NCBI GenBank assembly: GCA_963797025.1
Contig: CAWCNU010000003.1
Span: 255,255 to 319,254 of the forward strand
Direction of reading: 5' to 3'
DNA: 64,000 bases
Source: an uncultured Actinomycetes bacterium
GTDB lineage: Bacteria > Actinomycetota > Thermoleophilia > Solirubrobacterales > Solirubrobacteraceae
Part shown: in pieces, positions 17,715 to 27,331 of the stretch
Numbering within the stretch: position 1 is the stretch's first letter
Layout of the letters: each line of letters begins with the position of its first letter
Translations under genes and position numbers: made by a program
The notes under the pieces: generated by a model
Seen by the model: the letters and a program-made list of their open reading frames with translations, nothing else
Told to the model about the DNA's origin: nothing
Database searches by the model: none

Positions 17715-19108
17715 GCCCGGATCCCGTCGCGTTCGTCGACGAGCGCCTCGGCGCGGCGAAGGGGCTGCGCAAGGCGCTGCGCTACGTCTTTCCCGAGCAC
17801 TGGTCGTTCCTGCTCGGCGAGATGGCGCTCTACGCCTTCGTCGTGCTGCTCGTGACCGGCGTGTTCCTCGCGCTGTTCTTCGAGCCGAACATGGCGCAGA
17901 CGACCTGGAGCGGTCCCTACGCGCCGCTGGACGGCACCGAGATGACGCGCGCCTACGCGTCGGCGCTCGACCTCTCCTTCACCGTTCCCGGCGGCCTGCT
18001 CATGCGCCAGACCCACCACTGGGCGGCGCTGCTGTTCGTCGTGGCGATCACGCTGCACCTCGTCCGGGTCGTCTTCACCGGCGCGTTTCGCAAGCCGCGC
18101 GAGCTCACGTACCTCGTCGGCGTCACGCTGCTCGTCCTCGCGGTCCTCGAGGGCTACGTCGGCTACTCGCTGCTCGACGACCTCATCTCCGGGATGGGCC
18201 TGGCGATCGGCTACTCGACGGCGCTGTCGCTCCCGGGCGTCGGCGGCGCGCTCGGCGCGCTGATCTGGGACGGGCCCTTCCCCGGCGGCCCGGCGTTCGA
18301 GTCGCGGCTGTTCATCGTCCACGTCTTCGTGCTGCCGGCGGCGATCGCGACGCTCATCGGGCTGCACCTCGCGCTCGTCATGCGCGCGCGCCACACGCAG
18401 TTCCCCGGGCCCGGCCGGCGCGAGCGCAACGTCGTCGGAGCGCCGCTGTGGCCGGCCTACGCGCTGCGCTCGCTGGGCTGGATGAGCGCCGTCGCTGCCG
18501 TCCTCGTGCTGCTCGGCGGCCTCGTGCAGATCAACCCGGTCTGGCAGTGGGGTCCCTACGAGCCGTGGGTCGGCGAGAACGGCGCGCAGCCCGATTGGTA
18601 TCTCGGCTGGCTCATCGGGGCGCTGCGGCTCATGCCGAGCTGGGAGCCGTCGATCGGGGGCCGGACGCTTGCGGGGAACCCGTTCTTCGGCGGCGTAGTG
18701 TTCCCCGGGATCGTGTTCGGCTTCCTCTACGCGCTGCCCGTGATCGACCGCGTCCTGTTCACGCGCGACCGCGACGAGCACCATCTGCTCGACCGCGCGC
18801 GCGACAACCCGCGCCGCACCGGGCTGCTCGCCGCGATGCTCGTCTTCGTCGTGCTCGTCTTCTTCTTCGGCTCGGCCGACCGCGTGTTCCTGACGCTGTC
18901 GATCCCCTACGAGCTGCAGCTCTGGCTCATGCGCGCGCTCGTCGTGCTCGGGCCGCCGCTGGCCTACGTCCTGACGCGGCGCTGGTGCCTGGCCCTGCGC
19001 CGGGCCGGCGCCCATCCGCTGCGAGCGGTCGACGCGGAGCTGCTGGCGCCGCCGCCGACCGCCGAGCCGCCCGAGGAGGCGCTTGCGAAGAGCGCCGGGC
19101 GGGAATAG
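17711..19108 (+). CDS. qcrB: Cytochrome b subunit of the bc1 complex
   Basis: ATG at 17711 (ATGA overlap). ...FPEHWSFLLGEMALYAFVVLLVTGVFL...RQTHHWAALLFVVAITLHL... Confidence 0.9.
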   Translation: MSPDPVAFVDERLGAAKGLRKALRYVFPEHWSFLLGEMALYAFVVLLVTGVFLALFFEPNMAQTTWSGPYAPLDGTEMTRAYASALDLSFTVPGGLLMRQTHHWAALLFVVAITLHLVRVVFTGAFRKPRELTYLVGVTLLVLAVLEGYVGYSLLDDLISGMGLAIGYSTALSLPGVGGALGALIWDGPFPGGPAFESRLFIVHVFVLPAAIATLIGLHLALVMRARHTQFPGPGRRERNVVGAPLWPAYALRSLGWMSAVAAVLVLLGGLVQINPVWQWGPYEPWVGENGAQPDWYLGWLIGALRLMPSWEPSIGGRTLAGNPFFGGVVFPGIVFGFLYALPVIDRVLFTRDRDEHHLLDRARDNPRRTGLLAAMLVFVVLVFFFGSADRVFLTLSIPYELQLWLMRALVVLGPPLAYVLTRRWCLALRRAGAHPLRAVDAELLAPPPTAEPPEEALAKSAGRE

Positions 19109-19115
19109 GCGCGCC

Positions 19116-22100
19116 GTGGCCGCCCGCCGCTTCGCGAGGATCCCGCCGCTGTTGCGCCAGCTCGCCGGCGACGACCGGCTCGCGCTCGGCCCGTCGGCGC
19201 AGTCGCGGCGCTCCCAGGAGCTCGAGCCCCGGACCGCGCGCGCCGACCGCGTCGTGAAGTCCGTCTGCCCGTACTGCGCGGTCGGCTGCGGCCAGAACGT
19301 CTACGTCGAGGACGAGCGCGTGACGCACATCGAGGGCGACCCGGACTCGCCGATCTCGCGCGGGCGGCTGTGCCCCCGCGGCTCCTCGTCGCTGTCGCTC
19401 GTCAACTCGCCGACGCGGCAGCGCAAGGCGCTGTACCGCGCGCCGCATGCGGCGGACTGGGTGCAGATCGACCTCGAGCAGGCGGTCGACATGATCGCAG
19501 ACCGCGTCATCGACACCCGCGCGCGCACGTGGCAGGAGCGCGACTCCGACGGCGGGCTGCTGCGGCGCACGCTCGGCTTCGCGCACCTCGGCGGCGCGAC
19601 GCTCGACAACGAGGAGAACTACCTCATCAAAAAGTGCTTCTCGGCCCTGGGCGCGGTCCAGATCGAGAACCAGGCCCGCATATGACACTCCTCGACGGTC
19701 CCCGGTCTGGGGACCTCGTTCGGGCGCGGCGGCGCCACCAACTTCCAGCAGGACCTCGCCAACGCCGACTGCATCATCCTCGAGGGGTCGAACATGGCCG
19801 AGTGCCATCCGGTCGGCTTCCAGTGGGTCATGGAGGCGCGCGAGCGCGGCGCGCACATCATCCACGTCGACCCGCGCTTCACGCGCTCGAGCGCGCTCGC
19901 CCACGACCACGTCCCGATCCGGGTCGGGACCGACATCGTCTTCCTCGGGGCGCTCATCAACCACGTCCTCCAGGGCGGGCACGACTTCCGCGAGTACGTC
20001 ACGGCGTACACGAACGCGGCGACGCTCGTCACCGACGAGTTCCGTGACACCGAGGACCTCGACGGCTTCTTCTCGGGCTGGGACGAGGAATCGGGCAGCT
20101 ACGACACCTCGACCTGGCGCTACGAGGGCATGCAGGCGCCGTCGGCGGCCGGCGAGCGCACGCAGGCGGCCGATGCCGGCGAGCAGTCCCACGGCGCACA
20201 CGGCGGCGGCGTCGGCGGCGATTCGCCGGCGACCGACCCGACGCTCGAGCACCCGCGCTGCGTCTTTCAGATCCTCAAGCGCCACTACGCGCGCTACACG
20301 CCCGAGCTCGTGCAGCGCACGTGCGGGATTCCGGTCGAGCAGTTCGCGCGCGTCGCCGACGCGGTCGTTCGCAACTCCGGCCGCGAGCGCACGACGGCCT
20401 TCGTCTACTCCGTCGGCTGGACGCAGCACACGACCGGCGTGCAGCTCATCCGCGCCGCGTCGATCCTGCAGTTGCTGCTCGGCAACGTCGGGCGCCCCGG
20501 CGGCGGCGTCATGGCGCTGCGCGGGCACGCGTCGATCCAGGGCTCGACCGACATCCCGACGCTCTACGACATCCTCCCCGGCTACCTGCCGATGCCCCAT
20601 GCCGGCTCCGACGCGACGCTCGCGGACTACCTCGCCGCGATCACGCCGAAGGCCGGCTTCTGGGGCCATTCGGACGCCTACACGGTGAGCCTCCTGAAGG
20701 CCTGGTGGGGCGAGCACGCCACGCCCGACAACGACTTCAACTTCGACCGGCTGCCGCGCATCGACGACGACCACTCGACGTACCCGACGGTCATGGGCAT
20801 GCGCGACGGCGACGTCGAGGGCTACTTCGTCATGGGCGAGAACCCGACCGTCGGCTCGGCGAACGGCAAGGTCCAGCGCCTCGGGATGGCGAACCTGCGG
20901 TGGCTCGTCGTCCGCGACCTGCAGCTCGTCGAGTCCGCGACGTTCTGGAAGGACGGCCCGGAGATCGAGACCGGCGAGCTGCGCACGCAGGACATCGGCG
21001 CCGAGGTCTTCTTCCTCCCGGCGGCGTCGCACACCGAGAAGGACGGCACGTTCACGAACACCCAGCGGCTGCTGCAGTGGCGCCACAAGGCCGTCGAGCC
21101 GCTGCAGGACTGCCGCTCGGAGCTGCACTTCGTCTACCACCTCGGGCGCCGCATCCGCGAGAAGCTCGCGGGCTCGACCGAGGACCGCGACCGCGCGATC
21201 CTCGACCTCTCCTGGGACTATCCGACCGACGGCCCGCACGACGACCCGTCGGCCGAGGCGGTGCTGAAGGAGATCTCCGGCACCACCGTCGCCGACGGCC
21301 GCGCGGTCGACGGCTACACGGACCTCAAGGCCGACGGCTCGACGGCCTGCGGCTGCTGGATCTACTCCGGCTGCTATGGCGGCGACTCCAACCAGACGGC
21401 GCGCCGCAAGCCGGGCGGCGAGCAGTCGTGGGTCGCGCCCGAGTGGGGGTGGGCGTGGCCGATGAACCGCCGCGTCCTCTACAACCGCGCGTCCGCCGAC
21501 CCCGAGGGCAAGCCGTGGAGCGAGCGCAAGAAGCTCGTCTGGTGGGACGCCGAGGAGGGGACGTGGACCGGCGACGACGTCCCGGACTTCAAGGCCGACA
21601 TGGCGCCCGACCACGTCCCGCAGGAGGGCGACAGCGCCGAGGACGCGCTGCGCGGCGACGATCCGTTCATCATGCAGGCCGACGGCAAGGGCTGGCTCTA
21701 TGCGCCGAGCGGGCTTCTCGACGGGCCGCTGCCGACGCATTACGAGCCGCACGAGTCGCCCGTGCGAAACCCGGTCTACGCCACGCAGTCCAGCCCGACG
21801 CGCGAGCGCATGGAGCGCGACGACAACCGCTACAACCCGTCCGCGGGCGAGCCGGGCGCCGACGTCTTCCCGTTCGAGCTCATGACCTATCGGATCGCCG
21901 AGCACCACACGGCGGGCGGCATGTCGCGCTTCCTTCCGCACCTCGCCGAGCTCGCGCCCGAGTTCTTCGTCGAGGTCTCGCCCGAGCTCGCCGAGCTGCG
22001 CGGCCTGCGCCACGCCGGCTGGGCGACGATCGTCACGATGCGCAGCGCCGTCGAGGCGCGCGTCGTCGTCACCGACCGCATCCCGCAGCGCACGATCGAC

Positions 22101-22328
22101 GGGCACGTCGTCCACACCGTCGGGCTGCCCTATCACTGGGGCCCGAACGGGATCGCCCGTGGCGACGCCGCCAACGAGCTCATGCCGATCGTGCTCGACC
22201 GCAACACCCACATCTCCGAGTTCAAGGCCGCGACCTGCGACGTGCAGCCCGGGCGCCGCCCGCGCGGGCCGGCGCTGCTCGAGCTCGTCGAGCGCTACCG
22301 GCGCCGCGCCGACGGAGCGGCGTCGTGA
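19116..22328 (+). CDS. fdhA: Formate dehydrogenase catalytic (molybdopterin) subunit, selenocysteine-containing; in-frame TGA at 19683-19685
   Basis: ORFs 19083..19685 and 19794..22328 are in the same frame. Read-through gives CPYCAVGCG (FeS motif)...IENQARI-U-HSSTVPGLGTSFGRGGATNFQQD...AECHPVGFQW... The start is either GTG 19116 or TTG 19083. Confidence 0.85.
19693..19718 (+). other. SECIS-like stem-loop directly downstream of the UGA
   Basis: CGA(C)GGUCCCC-GGUCU-GGGGACCUCG: 10 bp with one bulged C and an apical GGUCU loop, starting 8 nt after the TGA. Confidence 0.7.
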
Positions 22329-23194
22329 GCCCCTACGAGCTGCCGGCGACGAGCTACGGCCCGGATGCCAAGCCGCGCGTCGGCTTCTTCACGGACACGT
22401 CGCTGTGCATCGGCTGCAAGGCGTGCGAGATCGCCTGCAAGGAGTGGAACGACGTGCCGGCCGAGGGCCACGACCTCACCGGCATGTCGCTGGACAACAC
22501 GAAGTCGCTGGGCGCGAACACCTGGCGCCACGTCGCGTTCGTCGAGCAGCGCGTCGCCGCCGACGACCTCGTCGTGCAGGCCTCGCTGCCGGCGCAGGTC
22601 GAGGTCCACGACGATCCCGTCGAGGGCCTGCGCTGGCTCATGGCCTCCGACGTGTGCAAGCACTGCACGCACGCCGCCTGCCTCGAGGTCTGCCCGACGG
22701 GCGCGCTGTTTCGGACCGAGTTCGGGACGGTCGTCGTCCAGGAGGACGTCTGCAACGGCTGCGGCTACTGCGTCCCGGCGTGCCCCTTCGGCGTGCTCGA
22801 CCAGCGCAAGGACGACGGGCGCGTCTGGAAGTGCACGCTCTGCTACGACCGCCTGAAGGGCGGCGGGGAGCCGGCCTGCGCGAAGGCCTGCCCGACGGAC
22901 TCGATCCAGTTCGGCGAGCTCGGCGACCTGCGCGAGCACGCCGCGCGGCGGGTCGCCGAGCTGCACGAGCGCGGCGAGTCCTCGGCGCAGCTCTACCTCG
23001 CCGACGAGGACAACGGCATCGGCGGCGCGGGCGCGTTCTTCCTCCTGCTCGACGACCCCGAGGTCTACGGTCTGCCGCCGGACCCGGTCGACACGACGAG
23101 CCATCTCGGCGAGGCCTGGCGCGCCGCGGGCGCCGCGGCGGTCGCGATGGCCGGCGTCGTCGCCGGCGCGGTCGCGTGGGGTGCGCGGCGATGA
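22325..23194 (+). CDS. Formate dehydrogenase iron-sulfur (4x[4Fe-4S]) subunit, FdnH-like
   Basis: GTG at 22325 (GTGA overlap). Cys clusters CIGCKACEIACKEWN, CKHCTHAACLEVCP, CNGCGYCVPACP and CTLCYDRL...CAKACP. C-terminal TM helix. Confidence 0.9.
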   Translation: MSPYELPATSYGPDAKPRVGFFTDTSLCIGCKACEIACKEWNDVPAEGHDLTGMSLDNTKSLGANTWRHVAFVEQRVAADDLVVQASLPAQVEVHDDPVEGLRWLMASDVCKHCTHAACLEVCPTGALFRTEFGTVVVQEDVCNGCGYCVPACPFGVLDQRKDDGRVWKCTLCYDRLKGGGEPACAKACPTDSIQFGELGDLREHAARRVAELHERGESSAQLYLADEDNGIGGAGAFFLLLDDPEVYGLPPDPVDTTSHLGEAWRAAGAAAVAMAGVVAGAVAWGARR

Positions 23195-24171
23195 GCTCGC
23201 AGGCCGCGCGCTCGCCGGCCGGGCGGCGCAGCCGCGGCGGCGGCGCTCGCGAGATGGTGCCGCCCGCGCGGCCGCGCAGCTACTACGGGCTGCCGGTGAT
23301 CGCCAAGCCGGTCTGGACGCTCGAGGTGCCCTGGTACTTCTTCGTCGGCGGGATGGCCGGCGCGGCGGCGCCGCTGGCCGCCGGGGCGCGGGCGTCCGGC
23401 AACGTCGCGCTCGCCCGGCGGGCGTCGGCCGTCGCGCTGGCGGGTTCCGTGGTCTCGCCGGTGCTGCTCATCGCCGACCTCGGCCGGCCCGAGCGCTTCG
23501 GACACATGCTGCGCGTCTTCAAGCCGACGTCGCCGATGAACGTCGGCTCCTGGGTGCTCAGCGCCTTCGGCCTCACGAGCGGCCTCGCCGCCGGCTGGCA
23601 GGTGCTCGGGATCGTGCCGAGATCGGTCGGCGCGCCCGCCACCGCGGCGGCGGCGCTCATCGGCCCGGTGCTGTCGACGTACACGGCGGTGCTGCTCTCC
23701 AACACCGCGGTTCCGGCCTGGCACGCGGCGCGCCACGAGCTGCCGTTCGTCTTCGCGGGCTCGTCGCTGGGGGCCGCGGGCGGCGCCTGCCTGGCGCTGA
23801 CGCCGGCCGAGCATGCCGTGCCCGCGCGCGCGATGGCCGCCGCCGGCGCGCTGCTCGAGCTCGCCGCCGGCACCGTCATGGAGCACCGCCTGGAGCCGGT
23901 CGTGCGCCAGTCCTACGAGCGCTCGCCCGTCCGCCGGCTGCATCTCGGCGCGCGGGCCTGCGCGATCGCGGGCGGGCTGCTGGCGGCGCTGCTCGGTGGG
24001 CGCTCGCGAAGTGCCGCGGCGGCGGGCGGCTCGCTGCTCGTGGGGGGCTCGGCCCTGCAGCGCTTGGCGATCTTCAAGGCGGGTGTCGCATCCGCGCAGG
24101 ATCCCGACCAGACCGTCGGGCCCCAACGCAAAAACCGCGATAAAAGGTTGACGAACGGCCGCTCCGAGTAG
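23191..24171 (+). CDS. NrfD/PsrC-type polytopic membrane (quinone-interacting) subunit
   Basis: ATG at 23191 (ATGA overlap). ...YYGLPVIAKPVWTLEVPWYFFVGGMAGAAA...IADLGRPERFGHMLRVFKPTSPMNVGSWVL... is typical of NrfD-like anchors. Confidence 0.8.
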   Translation: MSSQAARSPAGRRSRGGGAREMVPPARPRSYYGLPVIAKPVWTLEVPWYFFVGGMAGAAAPLAAGARASGNVALARRASAVALAGSVVSPVLLIADLGRPERFGHMLRVFKPTSPMNVGSWVLSAFGLTSGLAAGWQVLGIVPRSVGAPATAAAALIGPVLSTYTAVLLSNTAVPAWHAARHELPFVFAGSSLGAAGGACLALTPAEHAVPARAMAAAGALLELAAGTVMEHRLEPVVRQSYERSPVRRLHLGARACAIAGGLLAALLGGRSRSAAAAGGSLLVGGSALQRLAIFKAGVASAQDPDQTVGPQRKNRDKRLTNGRSE

Positions 24172-24221
24172 GACGCTGCCGGTTACACGTACCACCCGAC
24201 GTCCCATCGAAAGGCCTTTTC

Positions 24222-25211
24222 ATGTCGAGAACTCGCTGGATGCTGCTGGCCATCGTCGCCGTGCTGTCGCTGGCCGTCGGCGCCGTCGCCAGCTCGGCGA
24301 AGTCGGGCAAGGGCAGCGACGACACCAAGCGCGCCAACTCGAACAGCAAGGGCGGCAAGCGGCCGGCCGTCTACACGATCCCCGGCGATGCCGTGTATCC
24401 CGAGGGCATCGCGCTCAAGGGCAAGACGTTCTTCGTCTCCTCGACGACGGACGGCACGATCTTCAAGGGCAACACGCGGCAGTCCGCGCTGACGGCGTTC
24501 GCGCCCGGCGGCGCCGATGGCCGCACGACCGCGGTCGGCCTGGACGTCAGCAAGAACCGGCTGTTCGTCGCCGGCGGCGGCACCGGCAAGGCGTGGGTCC
24601 TCAGCACGAAGGACGGCAGCACGCTGAAGGTCCTGGACTCCAACGCCGGCACGAGCCCGACGTTCTTCAACGACGTCGAGGTCGCGGGCGGCTTCGCGTA
24701 CTTCACCGACTCGCGGCGGCCGATCATCTTCCGCGCCGCGACGAGCGGCGCGACGGTCGGCGACCTGGAGCCCTGGCTCGACCTCACCGGCACGGCGTTC
24801 GTGCAGCAGGCGGGCTTCAACGTCAACGGCATCACGAGCTTCGACGAGGGCAAGCGGCTCGCGATCGTGCAGTCCAACACCGGCAAGCTCTTCACGATCA
24901 GGACGTCGAACAAGGCCGTGCGCGAGATCGACCTCGGCAGCGCGAACGTCGTCAACGGCGACGGCCTCGAGGCTCACGGCAGCCGGCTGTACGTCGTGCG
25001 CAACGCCAACAACGAGGTCGCGGTCGTGAAGCTCCGCCGCAACAGGAGCGAGGGTCGCATCGAGGCCACGGTCAAGAGTGACCTGTTCGCGTTCCCGGCG
25101 AGCGCGGCGCGCGACGGCAAGCGCCTGCTCGTCGTCAACTCGCAGTTCGACAAGCGGCCGACGAACAACCCGGTGCTGCCGTTCACCGTGGCATCGGTGC
25201 GGCTGCCCTGA
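24222..25211 (+). CDS. Secreted beta-propeller protein (SMP-30/gluconolactonase/strictosidine-synthase-like)
   Basis: Signal peptide, then repeated beta-strand blades (YPEGIALKGKTFFVSS, GLDVSKNRLFVAGG, NDVEVAGGFAYFTDS, NGITSFDEGKRLAIV, DGLEAHGSRLYVV). Confidence 0.6.
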   Translation: MSRTRWMLLAIVAVLSLAVGAVASSAKSGKGSDDTKRANSNSKGGKRPAVYTIPGDAVYPEGIALKGKTFFVSSTTDGTIFKGNTRQSALTAFAPGGADGRTTAVGLDVSKNRLFVAGGGTGKAWVLSTKDGSTLKVLDSNAGTSPTFFNDVEVAGGFAYFTDSRRPIIFRAATSGATVGDLEPWLDLTGTAFVQQAGFNVNGITSFDEGKRLAIVQSNTGKLFTIRTSNKAVREIDLGSANVVNGDGLEAHGSRLYVVRNANNEVAVVKLRRNRSEGRIEATVKSDLFAFPASAARDGKRLLVVNSQFDKRPTNNPVLPFTVASVRLP

Positions 25212-25260
25212 CCCGTTCGGAGGTTTCCCGCCGCGCGTGCCTTCCGGCGCGCGGCGGGGG

Positions 25261-25989
25261 TCACCGCTGGTCGCGCGCCCGGGGGATCTCGCCGGGTCGC
25301 AGCGGCGGCTCGTCGTCCTCGTCGCCGGCGGGATCGTCGAACGTCAGCTGCTCGGCGTCCGCGCGGGTGACCGCCCGGCTGCGCCGGGTCGTCTCCGACG
25401 AGACGACGCCGGTCCGCGCCTCGGAGGCGGGCACGATGTCGGTCGGCGCGTCTGCGGCCGGCACGACCTCGGTGCTCGCCGCGGGCCGCGGCCGGCGCTC
25501 TCCGGGCTCGGGGCGCCCGGCGGCGCGCATCCGCTGGCCGGCCACCGCGAGCGCTCCCGCGGCGATGAAGGCGACGAAGAAGCCCCACTGGATGCCGACC
25601 GTCCCGCCGTCGCCGCTGATGTCCGGGCGATCGAAGACGCGGTAGAAGATCAGCAGGGTCGCCCACACGCCGGCGGCGAAGATCACGGTGCCGTCGCCGC
25701 CGGGGAGGTGGAACGGGCGCTGGTCGGCGCGCGCGAGCAGCAGCGCGATGACGCCCGCCGACACGAGGAAGATCGCGGCCTCGACGAACGAGACGGCGCC
25801 GAACGCGCTGATCGAGTCCTTCGCGAAGCTCCGGCTGCCCGGGATGACGACGGACTTCTCATACCAGGGCAGGAACATCGTGAAGAGCAGCCCGACGGCG
25901 GCGGTCGCGGCGAAGCGCTGGTCGCGGTCCAGGGCGCCGTACGCCGCGCGCAGGCGCTGCGCGCGGGAGGTTGCGCCGTCGGCGGCCAT
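25261..25989 (-). CDS. Membrane protein of unknown function with a disordered acidic/Pro-rich C-terminus
   Basis: 242 aa with about four hydrophobic helices (…AVGLLFTMFLPWY…, …AAIFLVSAGVIALLL…, …VIFAAGVWATLLIFY…, …GFFVAFIAAGALAVA…). Confidence 0.6.
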   Translation of the reverse strand: MAADGATSRAQRLRAAYGALDRDQRFAATAAVGLLFTMFLPWYEKSVVIPGSRSFAKDSISAFGAVSFVEAAIFLVSAGVIALLLARADQRPFHLPGGDGTVIFAAGVWATLLIFYRVFDRPDISGDGGTVGIQWGFFVAFIAAGALAVAGQRMRAAGRPEPGERRPRPAASTEVVPAADAPTDIVPASEARTGVVSSETTRRSRAVTRADAEQLTFDDPAGDEDDEPPLRPGEIPRARDQR

Positions 25990-26407
25990 CGCGACGATTG
26001 TACGCGGCGGGTCGGTGGGGACCCGCTGGTGACCCGCTGGTGACTCAACGCGGCCGTCGGGCGCCGGCGCGGGCGAACGGCGGCTTTGAGGGTGGTGTGG
26101 CCGTGGCCGTCACGGCGCTCGGAGCGAGCCTCGCCGGCTCCCGCGCGGGCGTGTCACGATGCCTCCGGAATCCGCGGTCTCTCACGGTCGTGTCGAACGA
26201 GGTGGCCTATGGACCCCCTGAGTCGACACGACGCACGCCGGCCCCGGTGGACGCCGGAGCCGCCGCGACCGCCGCGGCCCGCCGCGGACCGACGCGGACC
26301 GACGCGACCACCGAGCCGCGCAAGCCTCCCGACTGCCTCAGAGACGTCGTAGACGACACGAACCCCGCGAGCGCGACTTCCTCCCGCCGCCCGCGTTGGC
26401 ACCCACG

Positions 26408-27316
26408 ATGAGCCCACGCCCGACGATCGCACTCCTCGCCGTCTTGTCAGCAGCGACGGCGGCCGGCGCCCACGCGAGCTACAAGGGCCGCGCCTGCACG
26501 CCGCCCACCGGCCACCGCATCGCCGACTGCCGCACCGCGCGCCACGGCACGCCGGACCTCAGCCGCGCCGCGTTCCGGGCACTGCGCAACCAGGAGGTGA
26601 CCTTCAGCGAGCGCGTCGACGACCTCGCGCCGAACCCTGCCGCGGGCGGCGCGACGACGTGGCCGCTCATCGACTCGCTCGGCCAGCCGATCGGGCGCCT
26701 CGTCGCCGGCGGCGAGCGGCCGTTCACCGTCTTCGGGCCCGACGAGACGCCCTACCGCGTGACCTCCGTCCGCGTCCGCGGCCGCGGGTGCGCCGCGAGC
26801 ACCGCGCAGGCACAGACGCACACGCTCGTCCAGGTCATCGCCCGCGCGCCGTCGGGCGGCACCCAGGCGTTCCTCGACACCCGCGCGCTGAACGCCGCCT
26901 CGCCCTCCGGCCGCCGCGCGCTGGACGCGTTCGCCCGCCAGCGCGGCACCGGCTGCGGGCCGAGCGGGCCCGAGCGCGGGAAGCTGCGCCCGCTCGCGAA
27001 CCCGCGCGTCGGCGCGACCGCGCACGCCCGCCTCTCCAACGGCGTCGTCAACTCCGTCACGGAGTACGACGCCAAGCCCGCCTTCGGCAACGTCGTGTAC
27101 TTCAACTCGAACACGACGAACGTCTCCGTCGGCGGGATCGCGCGTGGGATGGTGCGCGTCGGCACGCCGGTCGCGAAGGTCGACGCCTTCGAGTCCTGCG
27201 ACCCCAACAGCGACGGGACGCTCATCTGGCGCTACTGGTCGATCCGCACCGGCAACCCGCAGCGGCCGCGCATCTACGGCTGGATCCCCGGCACCTGCCC
27301 GAAGTCCCTGCGCTGA
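26408..27316 (+). CDS. Secreted protein of unknown function
   Basis: The ATG at 26408 gives the signal peptide MSPRPTIALLAVLSAATAAGAHA. I recognised no motif. Confidence 0.55.
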   Translation: MSPRPTIALLAVLSAATAAGAHASYKGRACTPPTGHRIADCRTARHGTPDLSRAAFRALRNQEVTFSERVDDLAPNPAAGGATTWPLIDSLGQPIGRLVAGGERPFTVFGPDETPYRVTSVRVRGRGCAASTAQAQTHTLVQVIARAPSGGTQAFLDTRALNAASPSGRRALDAFARQRGTGCGPSGPERGKLRPLANPRVGATAHARLSNGVVNSVTEYDAKPAFGNVVYFNSNTTNVSVGGIARGMVRVGTPVAKVDAFESCDPNSDGTLIWRYWSIRTGNPQRPRIYGWIPGTCPKSLR

Positions 27317-27331
27317 CCGGACCCAAGCCGG

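Noticed and set aside
18927-22211. Very long antisense or out-of-frame ORFs in the track. Examples: 18927..22211 (-) 1094 aa, 13022..16087 (-) 1021 aa, 41673..44057 (-) 794 aa, 58022..60274 (-) 750 aa, 45960..48491 (+) 843 aa, 53923..56562 (+) 879 aa.
   Set aside because: Their translations are monotonous Arg/Ala/Pro/Gly/Asp strings, typical of wrong frames in GC-rich DNA. Each overlaps a gene on the other strand or frame that has clear family motifs (FDH, CtaD, FadB, FtsH, hydrolase, PspC kinase).
19083-22328. Treating 19083..19685 and 19794..22328 as two separate genes, or as a truncated FDH pseudogene.
   Set aside because: They share a frame, the active-site alignment is continuous across the TGA, and a SECIS-like hairpin follows immediately. 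A single selenoprotein gene is the better explanation.
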